64,000 bases of DNA from an uncultured bacterium (GTDB taxonomy: Bacteria > Armatimonadota > Hebobacteria > Hebobacterales > Hebobacteraceae). The position numbers and the translations under genes are program-made. Of the stretch, positions 58,923-64,000 are shown one piece after another; position 1 is the first letter of the stretch; each line of letters begins with the position of its first letter. The notes below the pieces were generated by a model that was not told the DNA's origin, did not search any database, and saw nothing but the letters and a program-made list of their open reading frames with translations. Where the stretch lies: contig CAZLHI010000002.1 of assembly GCA_964559435.1 (NCBI GenBank), positions 1,168 through 65,167 of the forward strand, written 5' to 3'.

Positions 58923-61370
58923 TCACTCTGTCAGCAGCTGGAAGGCGCGGCAGATGTAGACGGCCATTTGCGCTCTGGTGACGATGACTTCGGGATGGTA
59001 CAGGCCGTCCCCATAGCCCTGAACAACGCCGTTCTCCACGCAGTACTCGATATGCTTGTAGGCCCAGAAAGGCTCCGTGCCGTCGTCGCCGTAGCCGGTG
59101 TTGGGCACATCGGGGAAGTTCCGCGGGGAGGCAGGCGTGTAGTCTGCGAGGGCGACTTCGCCGCTTGGCGCCACCAGGGCGCGAGCCACGTAGACGGCCA
59201 TTTGGGCGCGGTTCACTTCCTCGTCCGGATGGTAGCCGTCGGCGTACCCCTGCACGACGTTGCTGTAGACCGCGTACTCGACGTAGTCATAGGCCCAATG
59301 CGGTTTCGTCCCGTCGTCGCCGTAGCCCGTGTTAGGCACGTCCGGGAAGCTTGCCTGTGGTGGCCCCGCGGGGACGTTGTCGTCTCCCCCGGCCAGCGCT
59401 CGCGAGATGTACACCGCCATCTGCGCGCGGGTCACCGACCAGTCGGGACGGTAGTCGCCGCCGGGGTAGCCAGCCACGATAGTGTAGTTGCAGCAGGCCT
59501 CGATCTCGTCGTAAGCCCAGTGCCCGAAGGGCACATCGAAGAACGTCGGCGGCAGCATGTCCAGGCGGACCACCTGGCTATTCCCCCAGTCGGCCACCCA
59601 CACGGAGTCGCGCGTGTGGTCGAGGGAAACCGAGTTCGGCCAGAAGAGCCCGTCGGTCCGCGACATCGTCGCACCTGTTGACGAGACGTGGACGATCTCA
59701 TCGGTCGCGTCATCGACGACCCAGACAGAGCCGTCGTCTGGGTCCACACACAACGACACCGGTGACCAGAACTCCGTGTTCTCGGCCAACACCTGGCCGC
59801 CCGCGGACAGACGAAGGACGCGCGCGTTCCCGTAGTCGGCCACCCAGCAGGAGCCATCGCTCGGGTCAACCGCTACCCACAGCGGGTCGTATTCGGGAGG
59901 GCTTCGCCAAAGCTCCGACCCGTTCGCGGCGAAATGAACGATCTCGTCGCCGGGCACCCCAGGATCGTAGTTGTTCGCCACCCAGCAAGAGCCATCGTTG
60001 GGATTCACCGCCACGCTCTCCGGGTAGTACACATCACTCCCTCGCCACAGAAGACTGCCTTCGGCGGAGAGGTGGTTGATCTCGTCGTATCCCCAGTCGG
60101 CCACCCAGCACGAGTTGTCGGCCGTGTTGACGGCGACCGAATCGGGATAGTAGAAGTCCATGCCGCGCCAGAGTTCCGTGCCGCCGGACCCAACGTGCAC
60201 GACGTGTCCATTCCAGCTATCGGCCACCCAGCAGGACCCGTCATTCGGATTCGCGGCCACGCATTCAGGGCCGAGGAAGTACGTTCCGCGCCACAGCTCC
60301 GTGCCATCGGAAGCGAAGTGCAGTACTCGATCCTTATCGGCGTCGGCGACCCAGCAGGAGCCATCACTGGGGTTGGCCGACACCGACCACGGCCCCATGA
60401 GGTCGCCCTTGGCGACCGTCGGCGTTCCCGTCTCAGTCAGGCGCACGACCTGGTCGAACCCTCCGTCGCCGACCCAGCAGGCCCCGTCGGTCGGGCTGGC
60501 CGTCACAAGATAGGCGTACCAGAAGTTGCCCCCGCTCCACAGCTCCGAGCCGTCCGAGGAGAGGTGGACAACTTGGGACTCGCTGCAGCTGATCTGGTCG
60601 GCCACCCAGCAGGAGTCGTCCGCGGGATTCACAGCCACGTCCAGCGGGGCCGTGTAGGCGCCAGTGCCGCTGCGCCACACCTCGCTGCCGTCTGCGGCCA
60701 GATGAACGACTTGGTAGTTCTCCGTGTCTGCGACCCAGCACGACCCGTCGCTGCTGTTGACCGATAGTGACAGCGGATAGGCGAACTCCCCGCCTCGCCA
60801 GAGCTGAGCGCCATTTGCCGCGAGGTGAACGACTTGGTAGTTCTCCGTGTCGGCGACCCAGCACGAGTCGTCCGAGCTGCTAACCGAGACCGCGAGCGGC
60901 TGCGAGAAGCCGCTGGCCCGCCATAGCTCCGCGCCGTCCGCGGCCAGGTGGACGACTTGGTTGTTGTATGTGTCCGCCACCCAGCAGGAACCATCGCTTG
61001 GATTCGCGGAGACGGCGTACGGCCAGGCGAAGCCGCCGCCCCGCCACAGCTCGGCGCCGTCGGAAGCAAGATGCACGATCTCGTCGTGGCCCGTGTCAGC
61101 AACCCAACATGAGCCGTCAGTGGAGTTAACCGAGACGCCGAAGGCGCTCCAGAAGCCGTCGGTCTTGCTGAGCACAGCCCCGGACGCGCTGAGGTGGAGA
61201 ACGCTGTTTCCCATCGAGGCCCAGCAGGAACCGTCGGCAGCATTGGCGGACACATCCCAGGGCGTACCCCACGGGCTGCGCCATCCTTCGACAAGCTCCT
61301 GCGCCGCATAGGACGAACTGGACAGGGAAAAGCTGAGCGCCAGGACGGCGAAGACAACTCTAAGTCTCAT
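58923..61370 (-). CDS. secreted 14-repeat (double) beta-propeller with 3 SLH domains
   Basis: Fourteen DGSCWVAD-type repeats of about 42 aa; SLH tail. Confidence 0.9.
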   Translation of the reverse strand: MRLRVVFAVLALSFSLSSSSYAAQELVEGWRSPWGTPWDVSANAADGSCWASMGNSVLHLSASGAVLSKTDGFWSAFGVSVNSTDGSCWVADTGHDEIVHLASDGAELWRGGGFAWPYAVSANPSDGSCWVADTYNNQVVHLAADGAELWRASGFSQPLAVSVSSSDDSCWVADTENYQVVHLAANGAQLWRGGEFAYPLSLSVNSSDGSCWVADTENYQVVHLAADGSEVWRSGTGAYTAPLDVAVNPADDSCWVADQISCSESQVVHLSSDGSELWSGGNFWYAYLVTASPTDGACWVGDGGFDQVVRLTETGTPTVAKGDLMGPWSVSANPSDGSCWVADADKDRVLHFASDGTELWRGTYFLGPECVAANPNDGSCWVADSWNGHVVHVGSGGTELWRGMDFYYPDSVAVNTADNSCWVADWGYDEINHLSAEGSLLWRGSDVYYPESVAVNPNDGSCWVANNYDPGVPGDEIVHFAANGSELWRSPPEYDPLWVAVDPSDGSCWVADYGNARVLRLSAGGQVLAENTEFWSPVSLCVDPDDGSVWVVDDATDEIVHVSSTGATMSRTDGLFWPNSVSLDHTRDSVWVADWGNSQVVRLDMLPPTFFDVPFGHWAYDEIEACCNYTIVAGYPGGDYRPDWSVTRAQMAVYISRALAGGDDNVPAGPPQASFPDVPNTGYGDDGTKPHWAYDYVEYAVYSNVVQGYADGYHPDEEVNRAQMAVYVARALVAPSGEVALADYTPASPRNFPDVPNTGYGDDGTEPFWAYKHIEYCVENGVVQGYGDGLYHPEVIVTRAQMAVYICRAFQLLTE

Positions 61371-61703
61371 CGGACCGAACCTCCCTTCGTGTCAGTCCGC
61401 AGCACCACCTAACTGCATCACGCCGCCTTGCTTTGACAGTGGACCGAGGAAGCTCCCGGCCCGACATGTCGCAAAGGAGACCTCGCTTGTAGTGCAACCA
61501 CCAGACCCTTGTTTAGCCGCCCCGAGATCAGTTTCCTGCTTCCCATGGGCGCGAAGACTGCCATCATTGCGTCCGGCCTCCACAACGAATCATACCACAG
61601 ATGGCTTCAGGGGTGAGCAGTATGGCCGCCCGCTCGCCTGGTGAAGGATGGGGTGGTCAGTCGGCGAAAGTAAGGAGGGAATCGTGTAGCAGAGGGTGAC
61701 CCC

Positions 61704-62855
61704 ATGGAGCGTGAGCAGTTGGCCAAGCTGGCGGCTGAGCTGGTCTCGATCCCCAGTGTGAATCCCCTTGACGGACCTGTCGGAGACGGTCGCGGAGAGG
61801 CCGAAGTGGCGGCCTTTGTCGAGTCCAGGTTGAGAGAGGCGGGGGTTGAGACGGAGCTGCGAGAAGCGCTGCCCGGCCGTCCCAACGTTCTGGCGCGCAT
61901 CGCCGGGCAGAGCGAAGAGGCGGTGTGGTTCGATGCGCACCTGGACACTGTCTCCGGCGAGGGGATGGCGTTTGAGCCCTTCGAGGCGAGAATGGAGGAC
62001 GGCAAGCTCTACGGCCGGGGTGCCGCAGACGACAAGGCGAGCGTCGCTGCCATGATGGCCGCACTGATAGCCGTGGCCGGGGGCGGTGACAAACCTCCGC
62101 AGAGCGTGATCTTCACAGCGACTGCCGACGAAGAATATCAGATGCGCGGGCTCATGAGCCTGCTTGAGGCGGGCATCACGGCGCGGGCGGCCGTCGTAGG
62201 CGAGCCCAGTGGGCTGCAGGTCATTATCGCCCACAAAGGGGTTGCCCGCTTCGCGGTCACGACGAGAGGAAAGGCCGTCCACAGCTCGCGCCCCGACGAA
62301 GGAGTGAACGCGATCTACCGGATGGGCAAAGTGCTCACGGCGATCGACGCGTACGCGAAAGGCGGAGTGGGTCGGGAGACTCATCCGATGCTGGGCAAGG
62401 CGACGCTGAGCGTCGGCGTGATTCGCGGAGGAGAGCATGTCAATGTCGTGCCGGACCGCTGCGAGGTAGAGGTCGATCGGAGGCTCCTGCCCGGCGAGGA
62501 CCCCCGGAGGGCCGTTGGGGATGTGCGGGACTATCTGAACAACGCGCTCGAGGAAGACCTAGGCCTGAAGGTCAGCGGTCCGGACCTGACCATTCCCGGC
62601 ATGAGCATCCCCTCGGATAACGCGCTCGTGCAGGCGGTGGCGGCGGCGGTCCGAGAGGTCACGGGGAAGGCCCCTCTGAACGGGATGCAGGGAACGACGC
62701 ACGCAGGACAGCTGGCGGAGGCGGGCGTCCCAGGGGTGGTCCTCGGGCCCGGCCGGATGGGCCAGGCTCATACGGCCACGGAAGAGCTGGACCTCGACCA
62801 GCTCGAACAAGCGGCCGCGGTCTATGAGAGGCTCATGCGGACGGGCTGCGAATAG
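61704..62855 (+). CDS. M20 family metallopeptidase (ArgE/DapE-like)
   Basis: AHLDTV, GRGAADDK, DEE, GEP, AHKG, AH-x-x-x-E. Confidence 0.92.
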   Translation: MEREQLAKLAAELVSIPSVNPLDGPVGDGRGEAEVAAFVESRLREAGVETELREALPGRPNVLARIAGQSEEAVWFDAHLDTVSGEGMAFEPFEARMEDGKLYGRGAADDKASVAAMMAALIAVAGGGDKPPQSVIFTATADEEYQMRGLMSLLEAGITARAAVVGEPSGLQVIIAHKGVARFAVTTRGKAVHSSRPDEGVNAIYRMGKVLTAIDAYAKGGVGRETHPMLGKATLSVGVIRGGEHVNVVPDRCEVEVDRRLLPGEDPRRAVGDVRDYLNNALEEDLGLKVSGPDLTIPGMSIPSDNALVQAVAAAVREVTGKAPLNGMQGTTHAGQLAEAGVPGVVLGPGRMGQAHTATEELDLDQLEQAAAVYERLMRTGCE

Positions 62856-62877
62856 GCCGGGCAACCGATTGCTGGAG

Positions 62878-62906
62878 TTGACACGTCAGTTCAGAACTGG
62901 TATACA
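62878..62906 (+). promoter_or_regulatory. sigma70 promoter for the riboswitch leader
   Basis: TTGACA (62878-83), 17 nt, TATACA (62901-06), with a TGn extension. Confidence 0.65.
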
Positions 62907-62914
62907 GAAGGTCG

Positions 62915-63130
62915 TTTGGTGTCGAGTTGACACGTGAATAACATGCGCTGAGCAGATGCGTTTGGGAAGACGGTGGGAATCCGTCGCTGCCCCGCAACTG
63001 TAACCGCGGACGAACGCCGCAAGAGGCCACTGTTCCGGCGGTGCCGGGATGGGAAGGCGCGGCCAGTAGGATGATGCGGAAGCCAGGAGACCGGTCTGCT
63101 TGGGGAAGTTGGACGCCACTTCGCGGGAAG
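62915..63130 (+). promoter_or_regulatory. cobalamin (B12) riboswitch
   Basis: GGGAA (62964), CGGTG..AATCCG, CTGCCCCGCAACTGTAA (62987-63003), GCCACTG (63026), GGGAAGG (63051), B12 box AGCCAGGAGACC (63081-92), and a P13-like hairpin CTTC-GCGG-GAAG whose loop is complementary to CCGC. The 5' boundary is approximate. Confidence 0.93.
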
Positions 63131-63161
63131 GGGCTTGGCTGACGGGTTGATGGACATAGTC

Positions 63162-63197
63162 ACCCCGGCCACCTTTTCGGCGGCCGGGGTCTTCTTT
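63162..63197 (+). terminator. intrinsic terminator, likely the riboswitch expression platform
   Basis: ACCCCGGCC-N11-GGCCGGGGT followed by CTTCTTT. Confidence 0.75.
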
Positions 63198-63254
63198 GCG
63201 CCCCGGGAGCCGGCCTCCACCTCGCGAAACCACACTACACACTCGGAGGCGGCG

Positions 63255-64000
63255 ATGGGACGCACGCGAGGATTCACACTGATTGAGCTGCTGGTCGTGA
63301 TTGCGATCATCGGGATCCTGGCAGCGATGATCTTCCCGGTGTTCGCGCGGGCGAGGGAGAGCGCCCGTCAGGCGGTCTGCATGTCGAACATCAAGCAGCT
63401 TTCCCTGGCGATGCTCATGTACGCCGAGGACCACAGCGGGGGATATGTGCCCGCGGCGAGCCCCGACAACCTCATGCGCTGGCACGGCAGACGTCCGAGC
63501 TTAGACGAGCCGTTCCATCCAGAGGAAGGGCCGCTGTGGGCCTACTACCACCACGATCGGCTCAAGGCATGCCCGAGCTTCTCGCCCACCAGCCGGGAGT
63601 ACGGCTTCGAGCAAGGCACGGGCGGGTACGGCTACAACTCCCAGTATGTCGGCGGCTCTCCCGTCGGGTGGCCACAAATGTGCGTGCCAGCGAAAGAGTT
63701 CCTGATCCTGAAGCCGGCGGAGACGGTGATGCTCACAGACACGGCCTTCATGGACTGCGAGGGCAATCTGTTCGAGTACTCGTTCTGCGAAGCCCCCTAC
63801 TACCAGTTCTGGAACTCGCCCGCGGATCCCTCAACGCACTTCCGGCACAACGGCTTGTCGAACGTGGCATTCTGCGACGGCCACGCCCGCGCCATGCCGA
63901 TGGTCTACACCCACGCCAGTGGCTGGTGTCCGTCGCCGTTGATCGGCGGAGATGAAGTTGTCGCTTACACTGAGGACCTCCTCCGGGAGGCCCGGCTCGG
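63255..64000 (+). CDS. prepilin-type N-terminal cleavage/methylation, DUF1559 / H-X9-DG domain protein (3' end outside window)
   Basis: My translation: MGRTRG|[42 protein letters not shown]...[24 protein letters not shown]. Absent from the ORF track because no stop falls inside the window. Confidence 0.93.
   Translation, partial: MGRTRGFTLIELLVVIAIIGILAAMIFPVFARARESARQAVCMSNIKQLSLAMLMYAEDHSGGYVPAASPDNLMRWHGRRPSLDEPFHPEEGPLWAYYHHDRLKACPSFSPTSREYGFEQGTGGYGYNSQYVGGSPVGWPQMCVPAKEFLILKPAETVMLTDTAFMDCEGNLFEYSFCEAPYYQFWNSPADPSTHFRHNGLSNVAFCDGHARAMPMVYTHASGWCPSPLIGGDEVVAYTEDLLREARL

Noticed and set aside
55099-61370. Repeats considered as a CRISPR array or DGR template/variable repeats
   Set aside because: They are in-frame protein repeats. 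There are no spacers, cas genes or reverse transcriptase, and the mismatches are not adenine-specific.
61420-61600. TAGTGCAACC and GGACGCAATGA resembling c-di-GMP riboswitch fragments
   Set aside because: The two pieces are on opposite strands and the remaining conserved elements are missing.
62875-62935. Direct repeat GAGTTGACACGT (62875 and 62924) as tandem promoters or an operator
   Set aside because: The second copy has no -10 element at the right spacing and is explained by a leader hairpin (GTGTC...GACAC).

Overview
GC-rich bacterial chromosomal window with no phage, transposase, rRNA, tRNA or CRISPR array that I could find. The gene mix suggests an Armatimonadota-like organism (inference): a DUF1559/H-X9-DG prepilin-type protein, SLH-tailed secreted proteins, a DnaK carrying the diderm-type insert, and Terrabacteria-style ispH-DUF512-der-plsY-gpsA synteny. 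From left to right: the end of a surface-glycan region (DegT fragment, ahcY, a TagO-like/TagA fusion, a truncated methyltransferase, a sulfatase-like protein, an ATP-grasp enzyme); catabolic and housekeeping genes; a dnaK-hsp20-dnaJ-hspR-clp operon with a HAIR-like operator; an mreD-mrdA operon; a ydaL/ydaM-like exopolysaccharide cluster preceded by a small zinc-ribbon gene and a structured leader; three tandem SLH beta-propeller paralogs, two with variable Cys-rich inserts; and a cobalamin riboswitch with a terminator in front of a pilin-like DUF1559 gene that runs off the right edge. The best candidates for undescribed biology are the B12-riboswitch-controlled pilin-like gene, the Cys-rich SLH propeller array, and the EPS cluster built from apparent pseudo-deacetylases. 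All family calls come from motif recognition by eye, not database searches.
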